Below, piece after piece: positions 13,955 through 25,298 of a stretch of DNA of 60,000 nt. Source of the stretch: Amphiscolops sp. MND2022 (lineage: Eukaryota). The DNA is taken from assembly GCA_964187785.1 (NCBI GenBank), contig OZ076409.1, positions 38,442,001-38,502,000 of the forward strand, given 5' to 3'. Below the pieces are notes generated by a model, which worked only from the letters and a program-made list of their open reading frames with translations, made no database searches and was not told where the DNA came from. The position numbers and the translations under genes were made by a program. Within the stretch, counting starts at the first letter, position 1; the number at the start of each line of letters is the position of its first letter.

Positions 13955-14807
13955 TGTTGGCGCCAGTCATCACAAGGCAGAGAAAGTCGATTTGGAATAT
14001 GTTGGTTGAGGAACAAAGAATTAAAATCTTAAAAATTTAGATGGAATTTTGAAGAAAAGTCAATCATCACAAAATCGAAAAACCCCCCCAGTCGGGATTT
14101 TCTCGACAACTATAAGTCGTAGAACCACGAAACTTGGCACACATATGCAACGACCTAACACGGAAACACCGGCTAAGTTTCAAGGTCATTCCCCCATTAT
14201 AACCCCCTTTACCCCTCACATGTGTAGTGTTCAAGGTCATTATGCCAATAATTTATATTTTGTTATTTACCTATTTGACCACATTAGAATGTAACTCTGT
14301 TGAAATTCATGATATTTACAATGTGTAAACATGCTTTAGGGCCCACCTAACCAACATGCCATATCCACCACATACTTTGTTTACATAGCCAATAACTTTA
14401 ATAATTCACTCAAATGTCATTTATTTATACTACATATTTTGACTTATATTTACTGTAGAATTGTAAACGAGATGTATACCAAAACTAGTTAGGCACAAAT
14501 TGATTGGAACGCTGTATTCAAGTTGGGTCTTAGGACCATTTCAATTCTCAATTCATTTCTTCACCTCTTTTCGACTTTTCGCCAAAGACTTAGGGCGACT
14601 AAGTTAGTTACTCTCAACTTGTGGAGAGTTGGACGTGTTAAGAGACAAGGAAGAAGTGCAATTAGGGATCATTGGATCCCACTAAGTCACGATACAGTCC
14701 TTTTAATCTGAGAAGCAAGCAGTGTTCGGTAACGATCCGCAGTGCCGAGCACCGAATTCAGGGCGGCGTAAAGTTTGGTCAATTGAAGGGATCAAGCAGC
14801 CATTACA
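13955..14807 (+). repeat. 5' LTR of BEL/Pao element (853 bp)
   Basis: TGTTGG...TTACA; direct repeat of 21577-22428 with roughly 20 differences by eye. Confidence 0.97.
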
Positions 14808-14810
14808 TTT

Positions 14811-14828
14811 TAGGTCCGCCGACCCGGA
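14811..14828 (+). promoter_or_regulatory. Primer-binding site (non-canonical TAGG start)
   Basis: TAGGTCCGCCGACCCGGA lies 3 nt after the LTR and resembles tRNA-Tyr-type PBS sequences (TGGTCC...CCGGA). Confidence 0.6.
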
Positions 14829-15251
14829 CATCATCGATTGGCCGGACATCATCACTTTTGGGGCGCACATAATCGATTGGGCGGACAACTGGATGATCAT
14901 CTGATTGCTACACAGCCAGAACAGCACTGTGCGAACAAGTGAACGAACGTGTACAGTGAACGACGACTGGTGGTGATCTACACACAACTGTGTGTGCTGC
15001 AAAGTGGTCTCATCTGGGCTCTCCTGGGTGAATTGTGTACTCTGAGGCTTGGGCTACTTCTGCAGGCGCTGAAAGATTGTATTCGAAGTGTTTTTACTGG
15101 AAACTTTGGTTTACAGTGTACTATTGTTTGGGCTATTGTGTACTCTGGGGTTTTTTGGGCTACTTCATCGACTTGTTGGAAATTGTATTCACAGCAGAAA
15201 TTGGACTCCTGTGGTTAGCTAGTGTACTCTGGAGTTTTGGGATAGTTCAAA

Positions 15252-17330
15252 ATGGCTGAATCTAAGAGAATTGATTACAAAAAAATTGACAACTATTTGA
15301 AGAGTTCTATCGACAAGCCACAATGGGAGAGCAACATGAGAGCAATTCAAAGCTTTGAGGCAAAATTGGATGAAATACATGCTGAGCTGCGCGAAGCAGA
15401 CGTAACGAAGGAAAATCTCGCCGACCTTCTACCGAGCCGACAAGACCTACTGCCTAGATTGAAGAGACTTGTCGGGGCGAACACAGCAATCTTGAAAGTC
15501 AAGTATCAGCCAGAATGGGCGGATAATAAAGGCGACCGATTCTGCAGATATCGAAATGAATTAAATTCCTTGGAAACACGACATAAAAACATTAGTCAGA
15601 TGCTCACAATGATGAGGAGCCTAAAGAATGAAGGACAGTTGAAGGAATTCCTACAACTTCAAAACTCCAAAGAGAAATGTGATGAAATGCTTCAGAAAAA
15701 CGAAGATGAATTCAATAAAAATCGGGATACTCTTTGCAACTCAGAGGATTACAAAGCATTGGTAGAAACAAACGAAGAAACCCCCAAAAGGAGAGATCAA
15801 ATTGTGGCCGAGATGGATGAGTTGTTGAAACACAGTGGAGATACTTCAATCTACAGTGAGTTGCATCGTATGGAGGGAATAATGGCCCGTGCCAGGGTGA
15901 ATTGGCAAGAGCAACAACTAAAGTCCCGTGACACTTCTCCTCAGAAGAATGCGAATGAGGAAATTGCACAAGGTACCGATAGACCCTATTCGTTTGAGAA
16001 TCGTTGTGTTAATGAGGTGAATTCGCTACCTGAAGAAAGAGATCAGTGTGCAAGCAAGGCACATTCAAAGGGCAACAGAACATCAGTTAGTTCAAAGTCT
16101 ACTACTACAAAGCGAGTAATGCTCCTCGAACTGGAAGCAATGAAGAAACAAGAAGAAATCGATGAACAACTAGCTGCCAAGAAACGCGAAGTAGAGATCC
16201 GAAAGAAACAAGAGGAGATGAACATGAGGATACTAGCGGAAGAATCAGAGATTGCTAAACTCGAAGAAGAAAAAGAGAGGGCAAAACGAATCTCTGAAAA
16301 GGAAATAGAAATAGCTCGAGCGGGAAGTAGCCGAGCAAATACAAGTTTTCGGAGCGTATCGCCAGTACCCATCCAAAGCGATCTCTTTGAAAAGGTACCT
16401 TCTTGGCTTGATCAAATCGAAGTTGACGACAAGTTGACGAAGAATGAGAATGAGACATCCAGAATCGCACTAGCCAGCGATCCTATTCAACGACAATCTG
16501 GTGCATTGCCACATACAACGAAGTTGTTTCAACCAGCTGCTAAGATGGCACAGTCAACAGTAGCAAACGTGGGCAACTCGGGCAATCTCTTTGTCCCGAC
16601 TGTAACTCTAAAGAGGGGTGCAACTCAACATGTTCAGTTTGGAACCATGTTACCTCCAAATCAAACGACAACGAACAACAAGATGAGAAGTGATACGGTA
16701 CCGCCACATGTTGCACCCCCCGTTAGCCTCACTGCACCCCCACATAGTCATTTCGGACACACAAGAATCGAAAACATGAGTCTACCAGCCAGTCTACCAA
16801 AACTGAAGTTAGCAGAATTCTCAGGTGACCCATTGGAATGGCCCGAGTGGTCAGGGTTGTTCCTCTCGACTGTCCATGCTGCGAACATTGACACCAGTCT
16901 GAAGATGAATCACCTCAAAACGCTGGTCACTGGAAAGGCAAAGGAAGTAATAGCTGGACTAGGCTACACTGGAGACATGTATGATATTGCTTGGAATACC
17001 TTGGTCGCGCACTTTGGGAGACCACAAGTTGTAGTTAACGCACAACAAAGACGAATTTACACCTTTCCACCAGTGAAAGCGTACGACTCTGTAGCATTGG
17101 TCAAATACTCAAGAACAGTTTCAAGTTGTGTACAAGTTCTGACGCAGATGAACTATGTTGGTGATTTGCAGTCAGAAGGTGTCCTCAATAGTGCAACTAG
17201 AAAACTGCCATTGAACAAGAAAACAAAATGGTTGACGTACACGAGACAAAACGCCAACTACTATATGGGGCTGGAAGCGTTCAGCGCATGGTTGCAAGAG
17301 ATAGCAGAGTGCAGGGAGATGTTCTCATGA
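15252..17330 (+). CDS. gag: BEL/Pao Gag (coiled coils plus capsid-like DUF1759-type region)
   Basis: 692-aa ORF containing LPKLKLAEFSGDPLEWPEW...KMNHLKTLVTGKAKEVIAGL...Y..AWNTL..HFGRP, typical of BEL Gag. Confidence 0.9.
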   Translation: MAESKRIDYKKIDNYLKSSIDKPQWESNMRAIQSFEAKLDEIHAELREADVTKENLADLLPSRQDLLPRLKRLVGANTAILKVKYQPEWADNKGDRFCRYRNELNSLETRHKNISQMLTMMRSLKNEGQLKEFLQLQNSKEKCDEMLQKNEDEFNKNRDTLCNSEDYKALVETNEETPKRRDQIVAEMDELLKHSGDTSIYSELHRMEGIMARARVNWQEQQLKSRDTSPQKNANEEIAQGTDRPYSFENRCVNEVNSLPEERDQCASKAHSKGNRTSVSSKSTTTKRVMLLELEAMKKQEEIDEQLAAKKREVEIRKKQEEMNMRILAEESEIAKLEEEKERAKRISEKEIEIARAGSSRANTSFRSVSPVPIQSDLFEKVPSWLDQIEVDDKLTKNENETSRIALASDPIQRQSGALPHTTKLFQPAAKMAQSTVANVGNSGNLFVPTVTLKRGATQHVQFGTMLPPNQTTTNNKMRSDTVPPHVAPPVSLTAPPHSHFGHTRIENMSLPASLPKLKLAEFSGDPLEWPEWSGLFLSTVHAANIDTSLKMNHLKTLVTGKAKEVIAGLGYTGDMYDIAWNTLVAHFGRPQVVVNAQQRRIYTFPPVKAYDSVALVKYSRTVSSCVQVLTQMNYVGDLQSEGVLNSATRKLPLNKKTKWLTYTRQNANYYMGLEAFSAWLQEIAECREMFS

Positions 17331-20300
17331 CAGGCAATCCCAACACCGACAAATCGAAATGGGCAAATAAAGACAAGTCAAAGAACTCTACGTTCTCAAC
17401 CTTTGCTGACGACAGTGCCGACAAGAAGACTGGTCATGATTGTCCATTGAAAGATGGTAAACATCCTTTGTGGAAATGCGAGAAGTTTCTGAAGATGACT
17501 GGTCAAGCACGATATGAGAAAGTCAAGGAGTTGAAACTCTGCTTTTGTTGTTTGGCTGGGAAACATGTAGTGAAAGACTGCACATACAAAGCGTGTGGAG
17601 TCAAAGGTTGTAACAGGCGGCACCATCGATTGCTACACCGCGAGGCAAACGAACGGCCGAAAGAAAGTGGAGTAGAAGACCCACAACAGAAGGCGGAGGC
17701 GAACTCTGCATTTTGCTCACTGAAGAGCAGTGGGATTCTGCCAGTTATACCGGTCATCATCCAAATTGGAAAGAAGCAAGAAACAACCTTGGCCTTGTGT
17801 GACTCCGGAGCGAGTCTATCGTTCATAGACAAGGAATTAGCCAACAAGTTAAATGCTCACGGGGAAGAAATTGACCTGAGTGTGGCTGGAATACATGGGA
17901 CAAATGATGTGAAATGTGAACGATTCACGTTGGGAATTCGTGGCAAGGGAATGAGCGACACACACCACATGACAGTTTACACTCATCCGAACATAGACGC
18001 CGGAACAAAGATCTACAACTATCAGGAGCTCAAACTTACCTATCCCCATTTGTCGGTCCTAAGCGAAGAAACATTGAAACTCAAAGATGTAAAAATGATA
18101 TTGGGACAAAACTGCTACCATATACATCGGCCTGTAGAATATAAAAACTGCACGAATGGTGAGCCTTGGGCAGTGAAAACGAAACTTGGATGGACTCTCT
18201 GTGGACCACTTCCACAGCAAAAAGCTGTGCAGATGACTGCATCTTGCGTAACAGCCTCTGAAGATGATGCACTGGCAGAACAGATAAAAACGTGGTGGGA
18301 CATAGAATCCTATGCGTCTCGCTGCGATGTGTCTGGAAGGTCCAAGGAAGATGAGAAGGCGTTGCAAATGCTGGAACAAACCGCAAAGTTTGATGGTGAA
18401 AGATATGAAGTTGGTCTTCTCTGGAAGAGAAATGACCCCTTCTTGCCAAACAATTACTCTTCTGCATTAAGCCAAATGAAATCGTTGGAGTATAGACTTG
18501 AAAAGAAACCAGAGTTGAAGAAACTCTATCAAGACTCTATCAAATTAGATGTTGAAAAGGGATTCATCAGAATCCTAAAGCAGGAAGAATTGGAAGCTAC
18601 AAAACTGGAAAGACAGTGGTATGTTCCACATCACCCAGTAGAAAACCCAAACAAACCAGGAAAGGTGAGGCGAGTGTGCAACGCACCATCCAAATTCCGT
18701 GGAATTTCCTTGAACGAGAACCTCTTGACAGGGCCGGACCTACTACAGAATCTGATTGGAATAATCTTCAGGTTTAGAGAACAAAAGATCGCCATCACTG
18801 CTGACATTGAGGCGATGTTCCTACAAGTGAAAGTACCACCAGAAGATTGTAAAGTGTTGAGATTTCTATGGAGAGACAATCCAAATGAACCCATTAAGGT
18901 GTATGAATATGGAAGACATATCTTTGGAGCCAAAAGTTCGCCAACTTGCGCTAATTTTGCTCTGCAACAAGTTGCCAAAGATAACGCACACGAGTACCCA
19001 CAAATTACTAAACTGATAATGCGAAACTTCTATATGGATGACTTCGTCAAGTCTGTCCCCAGCGCGGAGCAGGCTAATGAAATCTACAATATGTTGAGAG
19101 CGATGTTGGCAAAGGGAGGCTTTCACTTAACAAAATGGATTAGCAACTGCGAACAGACTATGACATCTATCGACCAAGCAGACAAGTCACCGTCCTCAAG
19201 TAAATCTTTTGAAGCTGAGCCGACTTCTCCATCAATCTTGGGACTGCAATGGAACGTTAACGCAGACAATCTGGAAGTCTGCAGAGGCATGCAGAAGGAG
19301 ATACCGGTGAAGATAACGCAGAGAGCAGTGTTATCCCACGTTTCAGCTGTGTTCGACCCTCTGGGAATAGTGTCTCCTTTCACTATCAGAATGCGACTGC
19401 TGCTAAAGCTAGATATATGGAAGAAGAACGGACAGTCGTGGGATAAAGAACTGAATGAAGAAAATCGACATGTTTTCGAGAAATGGGCATTAGAGATTAT
19501 TCGAGTGAATCAAATGGTCCTTAAAAGAACATACTTCGAATCTGGAGTGAACAAAGTTGATCTACATATCTTCTCAGACGCTTCGTTGGAAGCAATGTGT
19601 ATGGTTGCTTATTTGAGAAAGCAAGAAAAAGGCGAAGTGGCCTTTGTGATCGGAAAATGTAGAGTAGCTCCAATACGAAACATGACAGTGGCTAAGTTGG
19701 AGATGCAGGCAGCAGTTTTTGGAGTAAGACTGCGAGAGCTTATTTTGGAAGAACATGATATTGAAGTAGACCAAATTGTACATTGGACAGATTCAACTAC
19801 GGTTCTACAATGGCTTCACGCAAGTAACAACAAACAACCGGTCTTTGTGGCAAACCGCGTAGCTGAAATTCTCGAAAATTCAACTATCGATCAATGGGGG
19901 CATGTGGAAGGAAAAATGAATCCAGCTGACATTGGAACTCGAGGAATGACAGTTGAAGCCCTGAAAGAGAGTGAGTGGCTCACAGGGCCGGCGTGGCTTA
20001 CCGAGACAGAGGACGCCTGGCCTAAGGCGCCTGAAAAATTGCAATTCAGCATTCAAGAAGAGCAAGAACCAGTCCTGGAAGCTGCTGTAATGGAACCCGC
20101 ATTCGAATGGGAAAGATTTGGGTCTTTCAAGAAGATGGTTCGAGTGCTCTCCTACTGCCTAAGATGGAAGAAAAAGAATTCTGGAGAAATTCTGACAGTG
20201 GAAGAACTCAATGCGGCAAAACTGGCAATTTTGAAGCGTTGTCAGAGGGAAAGTTTTCATGATGCCTACGAGAAGATCTACAAACGGCAGCCGTTGTCGG

Positions 20301-21631
20301 CTTCAGATCAATTGAATAAATTATGGCCGTTTCTGGACGAAAATGGATTGCTGCGACTACATGGCCGACTGCAGCATTCAAGATCATGTTATGAGGTCAA
20401 ACATCCGATCTTGTTGTCAGCAAAGCACTATGTAGTCATCAAGTTGATTGAAGATGCTCATCGAGCGAATTTTCATGAAGGCACAGAATACGTCAGAAGT
20501 GTTCTGAGGCAAGAATACTGGATTATTGGATTGCGAAACGCTTTGAGGAACGTCAAAGCAAAATGTGTTAAATGTAGAAAGCAACGAGCTGGAGTGTCTC
20601 AACCATTTATGGCTGATTTACCGCGAGAGAGATTGCAGGAACGAGTATTCCCCTTTACCAACACTGGAGTTGACTATTTTGGTCCCTTTGAAGTGAAATT
20701 TATGCGTAAGACCATGAAGAGATGGTGTTGTCTCTTCACATGTTTGACAACTAGAGCAGTACACATTGAAGTCGTTCCATCTTTGGAAGCAGAGACCTGC
20801 TTAACTGCTATCACACGGTTTATTGCCCGTAGAGGTAAACCTGCTACAATTTTGAGCGATAATGGGACGAACTTCGTGGGTGCAGCCAAAGAAATGAGAG
20901 ATTGTATAAATGCATGGAATCAGTCAGACATTGAGACGTCGCTAGCTCAAAAGGACATCAAATGGAAATTCAACCCTCCAGGAGCCCCTCATTTTGGAGG
21001 AATCTGGGAACGATTGGTTCGAAGTTGTAAAAAAGCGATGATAGCTGTATTGGATGGACGATCCTTGACAGACGACGTCCTTATAACAACTATGTGTTTA
21101 GTAGAACAGACGTTGAATGCTAGACCACTGACTAGTGTTAGTGACGATCCGGATGACCTGGAAGCTTCGACACCGAACCACTTCTTATTGGGAAGAGCTA
21201 ATTTAGCCACACCATTCCTACCAGTTGCTCAACGTTACACAGATTTGCGACGAGTATTTCGAGTGTCGCAAGCCTATTCAGATATGATTTGGACTAGATG
21301 GAGTAAAGAATATATGCCGGAGTGGAATGTGCGTAATAAATGGAACAAAGATGACGTGAGACAGCTGAAAGTCAACGATTTGGTTTGGTTCATGGATGAA
21401 AATGTGACACGGTCTAACTACAAGATGGCGAGAGTACTGGAAGTACAAGAAGGAAGCGACGGCAGAGTTAGGTCTGCGACAGTGGTGACGAAAGATGGCA
21501 AACTCAAAAGACCAGTAGTGAAACTGGCACCCCTGTTCTATGAAAGTGTTTTTCGGGAGAAAAACAGGGCCGGCAATGTTGGCGCCAGTCATCACAAGGC
21601 AGAGAAAGTCGATTTGGAATATGTTGGTTGA
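17228..21631 (+). CDS. pol: BEL/Pao Pol: zinc knuckles, aspartic protease, RT, RNase H, integrase
   Basis: Three Cys/His knuckles, LCDSGA, YMDD, FSDAS, HHCC plus VDYFGP / SDNGTNF / GGIWERLV. Lies in the -1 frame relative to gag; the stop codon is inside the 3' LTR. Confidence 0.95.
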   Translation: MVDVHETKRQLLYGAGSVQRMVARDSRVQGDVLMTGNPNTDKSKWANKDKSKNSTFSTFADDSADKKTGHDCPLKDGKHPLWKCEKFLKMTGQARYEKVKELKLCFCCLAGKHVVKDCTYKACGVKGCNRRHHRLLHREANERPKESGVEDPQQKAEANSAFCSLKSSGILPVIPVIIQIGKKQETTLALCDSGASLSFIDKELANKLNAHGEEIDLSVAGIHGTNDVKCERFTLGIRGKGMSDTHHMTVYTHPNIDAGTKIYNYQELKLTYPHLSVLSEETLKLKDVKMILGQNCYHIHRPVEYKNCTNGEPWAVKTKLGWTLCGPLPQQKAVQMTASCVTASEDDALAEQIKTWWDIESYASRCDVSGRSKEDEKALQMLEQTAKFDGERYEVGLLWKRNDPFLPNNYSSALSQMKSLEYRLEKKPELKKLYQDSIKLDVEKGFIRILKQEELEATKLERQWYVPHHPVENPNKPGKVRRVCNAPSKFRGISLNENLLTGPDLLQNLIGIIFRFREQKIAITADIEAMFLQVKVPPEDCKVLRFLWRDNPNEPIKVYEYGRHIFGAKSSPTCANFALQQVAKDNAHEYPQITKLIMRNFYMDDFVKSVPSAEQANEIYNMLRAMLAKGGFHLTKWISNCEQTMTSIDQADKSPSSSKSFEAEPTSPSILGLQWNVNADNLEVCRGMQKEIPVKITQRAVLSHVSAVFDPLGIVSPFTIRMRLLLKLDIWKKNGQSWDKELNEENRHVFEKWALEIIRVNQMVLKRTYFESGVNKVDLHIFSDASLEAMCMVAYLRKQEKGEVAFVIGKCRVAPIRNMTVAKLEMQAAVFGVRLRELILEEHDIEVDQIVHWTDSTTVLQWLHASNNKQPVFVANRVAEILENSTIDQWGHVEGKMNPADIGTRGMTVEALKESEWLTGPAWLTETEDAWPKAPEKLQFSIQEEQEPVLEAAVMEPAFEWERFGSFKKMVRVLSYCLRWKKKNSGEILTVEELNAAKLAILKRCQRESFHDAYEKIYKRQPLSASDQLNKLWPFLDENGLLRLHGRLQHSRSCYEVKHPILLSAKHYVVIKLIEDAHRANFHEGTEYVRSVLRQEYWIIGLRNALRNVKAKCVKCRKQRAGVSQPFMADLPRERLQERVFPFTNTGVDYFGPFEVKFMRKTMKRWCCLFTCLTTRAVHIEVVPSLEAETCLTAITRFIARRGKPATILSDNGTNFVGAAKEMRDCINAWNQSDIETSLAQKDIKWKFNPPGAPHFGGIWERLVRSCKKAMIAVLDGRSLTDDVLITTMCLVEQTLNARPLTSVSDDPDDLEASTPNHFLLGRANLATPFLPVAQRYTDLRRVFRVSQAYSDMIWTRWSKEYMPEWNVRNKWNKDDVRQLKVNDLVWFMDENVTRSNYKMARVLEVQEGSDGRVRSATVVTKDGKLKRPVVKLAPLFYESVFREKNRAGNVGASHHKAEKVDLEYVG
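21555..21576 (+). promoter_or_regulatory. Polypurine tract of BEL/Pao element
   Basis: GGGAGAAAAACAGGGCCGGCAA immediately before the 3' LTR. Confidence 0.7.
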
Positions 21632-22428
21632 GAAACAAAGACTTAAACTCTTAAAAACTTAGATGGAAATTTGAAGAAAAGTCAATCATCACAAAATCGA
21701 AACCCCCCCCAGTCGGGATTTTCTTGACAACTACAAGTCGTAGAACCACGAAACTTGGCACACATATGCAACGACCTAACACGGAAACACCGGCTAAGTT
21801 TCAAGGTCATTTCCCCATTATAACCCCCTTTACCCCTCACAGGTGTAGTGTTCAAGGTCATTATGCCAATAATGTAAATATTGTTATTTACCTATATGAC
21901 CACATTAGAATGTAACTCTGTTGAAATTCATGATATTTACAATGTGTAAACATGCTTTAGAGCCCACCTAACCAACATGCCATATCCACCACAAACTTTG
22001 TTTACATAGCCAATAACTTTAATAATTCACTCAAATGTCATTTATTTATACTACATATTTTGACTTATATTTACTGTAGAATTGTAAACGATATGTATAC
22101 CATAACTAGTTAGGCACAAATTGATTGGAACGCTGTATTCAAGTTGGGTCTTAGGACCATTTCAATTCTCAATTCATTTCTTCACCTCTTTTCGACTTTT
22201 CGCCAAAGACTTAGGGCGACTAAGTTAGTTACTCTCAACTTGTGGAGAGTTGGACGTGTTAAGAGACAAGGAAGAAGTGCAATTAGGGATCATTGGATCC
22301 CACTAAGTCACGATACAGTCCTTTTAATCTAAGAAGCAAGCAGTGTTCGGTAACGATCTGCAGTGCCGAACACCGAATTCAGGGCGGCGTAAAGTTTGGT
22401 CAATTGAAGGGATCAAGCAGCCGTTACA
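21577..22428 (+). repeat. 3' LTR of BEL/Pao element (852 bp)
   Basis: Direct repeat of the 5' LTR, followed by TSD GTCAT. Confidence 0.97.
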
Positions 22429-25020
22429 GTCATATTTAATTAACCTTTTCTAATAAAAAGTATCAGGTTTAATTGTCAATTGATTATGAAAATCAAACTG
22501 TGAAAACGGTCGTGATTGAATTTTCAAATCTTTGAATCGTTATTAATATCTCCCTCTCATTGGTGTTTTACAGAAGCTTTTTTGTGACAACGCTTTGTAT
22601 CGCAAAATCTTGCAACTCCCCAGAATTTATTCTTCTATTATAGTTCCAATTTTCATGATCGGCACTGCAATTTTCTGTCCCCATATTCCATATCAATAAG
22701 ACGTGAACGGCATAAATCAGCGAAACTCGTATGGCTCAAAAAGGGCAAAAGTATTTTCAAGCATCAAGGAAATTTCTCAATCTCATAGTGCCATTTTCGT
22801 CGGCTCGTTTTTTTGGCTAAAAATGTAAAAAAATCAAAGCAGAAATATCTTTAGTGTTCAGTAGGCGCCTTGTTTCTGAACACATTCAGAGCTTTCGAAC
22901 AACGTTTGCAATTTCGTCGATTTTTAGACCATACCTGTATAGACATTTTAAATTCTTTCGACGACCATCATCTATATATTTTGTCTGCCATAAAGACCAG
23001 CGTGGTTTATCATTGAGTCCATACACTTACTTTTTGTCAGATTGAACGCATTCACCGGTTCAGATTTAACGCACTGATGCTAGTTTGTCAGTTTCGAGTG
23101 TTACAAAGATAATTATTTGAAGAAAAAAGTTCTCAATCAGATACCTTATTAAATAGAGTTTCGAGTTTATGTACCTTTTACAACTTTTGGTTTTCAGGAC
23201 ACAGCTGCAAAATTGTTAGAACTTTGTCGACATGAGTATCAACTTCACCAAGGACTGGAATTTTAGGCTATCTTCAAAATATTTCAACAATTTAGAGAAA
23301 ACCAAAAGTCAACTGTTTGTGACCACATTCAACAGCTCAATTAGAATTTTCGTGAGCCAAGGAAGATAGTGTTTACTTGATCTCTACTATTCTAGAACTG
23401 TTTTGAATTCATAGGATTTGGCTTTCCAAGTGGTATATAGATTTGGTGACCGCTCTTTACGGTGATGGGAAATGAAAAATGATCTGATTGCTGGAGGCGA
23501 GGTTAACCTCTTTATTGCAATGGTCGGTCGATTATGGCTATTGGGGGTTTTATTGAATATCTGGGAAATGGTTAATGTTAGCTAAGAGTAAAATTAGCGC
23601 TCATTGCACAAGTGGAAGCGTGAAAATTAAATAGTTGTCCATCATTGGGAATGAACAAAACATGACAAGCAAGTGACAGGCTGTAAATAAAAGTTGTCTG
23701 GTAATTGTCATCCATTGCCGGCTCTGAATGAAGTTAGCACTTCAGAAAGGCGAACACGTTTAATGATTGCCTCTCATGGCGAAGGTGAAGACCGAGCTTT
23801 AAAACAATTCACCATCCCTAATAGCCCGTCATAGCAAGGTCCATCTTGACACAAATTGCGATACATTATTTTATGTAAGGACAGGACCAGCCATACTGCA
23901 AACAACAAAAAGGCAACCACCCACTGTCAACAAAGTTTCCATCCACAGCCCCTTCTTTTTACAACCCCTTCAAATGACTTTAAGAGCACAGTGGATACAA
24001 GCTCAAGTACCCGACTGTTCAATGACAAATTTGCTGGGGCCTTTGAAAAATACTGAAATTGTTTCTTTTAATGGCGACAAAAGTTCAATTTTCAAGTGAT
24101 AACAACAATCAAATTAGTCAGCAGGCTACTTTTAATGCGAGGATTTTCAACGGATTCCTAGGGTCAAAAAATTACAGTGAAAAATGCGGACGAAACGAAT
24201 AACAGTTTGACTTCCGGATTAGATAAATCAATACAAACCGGAAGACCATACATAAAAATCTGCATATGATTAAAAGGACACATTAGGCTAGTAGTCCTGG
24301 AAGTTTTGTATTGCACTAACGCGTTCACGAATTCTTGAAAGTGTTTATTTCAGAGCTCAAACAAGCCGCCGTTTAATGTTGGGAATCGACTTCGAAATAC
24401 GCCTTGTTTTTTCAATGACAATTGCAATAAGTAAACTTTTCCGAATGTAAAGTTAACGAAAAATAGTAAGGAAATGAAAGGAAGAACCAGGAATGTACGA
24501 GTGATTGCGACAATTTAGACTGAAAAATATTTCATTTAGTGTACCATTCACAGAGAGAATAACTTTGGAAAAACATTTCATCAAAAATCAATTTGACGTC
24601 GAGTTCAGACTACATCGTTTTTTTTTCAAAAAAAAAATCAAAGTAACAGCTACTATCAACCGTTTATCTCGGCTTGTTTAGATTTCCTGATTCAACCCCT
24701 TTAATCGGTCAATACTGCATATGGACAAAAAATAAACTTTCGCGAACAGATGAAAACGAAATCGATTACCATCTACATTGTGATAAAGACTTCAATGAAT
24801 TATACTGCTGACAAAATACCTCGATGGCAATGTCGTAATAAAAATAGCTCTTGTAGTGGATTTTCATTCTTATTACGTAACCTAACAAGCTTTCTCTTCT
24901 CTGCATTCTGTCTAACAAAATGTATGTATGTAGTCTATGTGTAGTACAATGGCAAAGATTTGGAATAAAAATTGAATTTGAAAAATATGAATTCTTCTGA
25001 TACTAGAAATAGACACACAT

Positions 25021-25298
25021 TTAGTAGCTGTTCATTTCATCGTGGGGTGCGGGTGGTGAGTGGGGGGCTTCATCTGGCGGACTTTCAGCACCTTCCGGGT
25101 TCTCTTGGACAGGCTCAGATTCGTCCACGGACTCCATGAGCTGGTCTTGGGCTGCAGCAGACTCTGCTTCGTCCTTGGTGTCGTCGTCGGCACTCGTGTT
25201 CATGTTGTCTGCTGAGTTGATATCGCTGTAGGTCTGCGAGAACCATTTGAAGATACTATTTTTTGCACAATGAGAAGTAAGCTCGTGTTTCGGAGTGC
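25021..25298 (-). CDS. FAM172A: FAM172A/ARB2A homologue, last coding exon
   Basis: TTTCAG acceptor, phase 1; GTPKHELTS motif, acidic tail, TAA stop at 25021. Confidence 0.88.

Larger units (their letters stand above)
13955..22428 (+). mobile_element. BEL/Pao LTR retrotransposon, full length
   Basis: TG...CA LTRs at both ends, 5-bp TSD GTCAT (13950-13954 and 22429-22433), PBS, PPT, and gag-PR-RT-RH-IN order with BEL-type motifs. Confidence 0.97.

Noticed and set aside
15712..21595. Antisense ORFs within the BEL element (and plus-strand ORFs over the Gypsy and Penelope elements)
   Set aside because: Shadow ORFs of the coding strand with no independent motifs.
23400..24060. GC-richer stretch as a gene or LINE fragment
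   Set aside because: No sustained ORF or motif on either strand that I could recognise.
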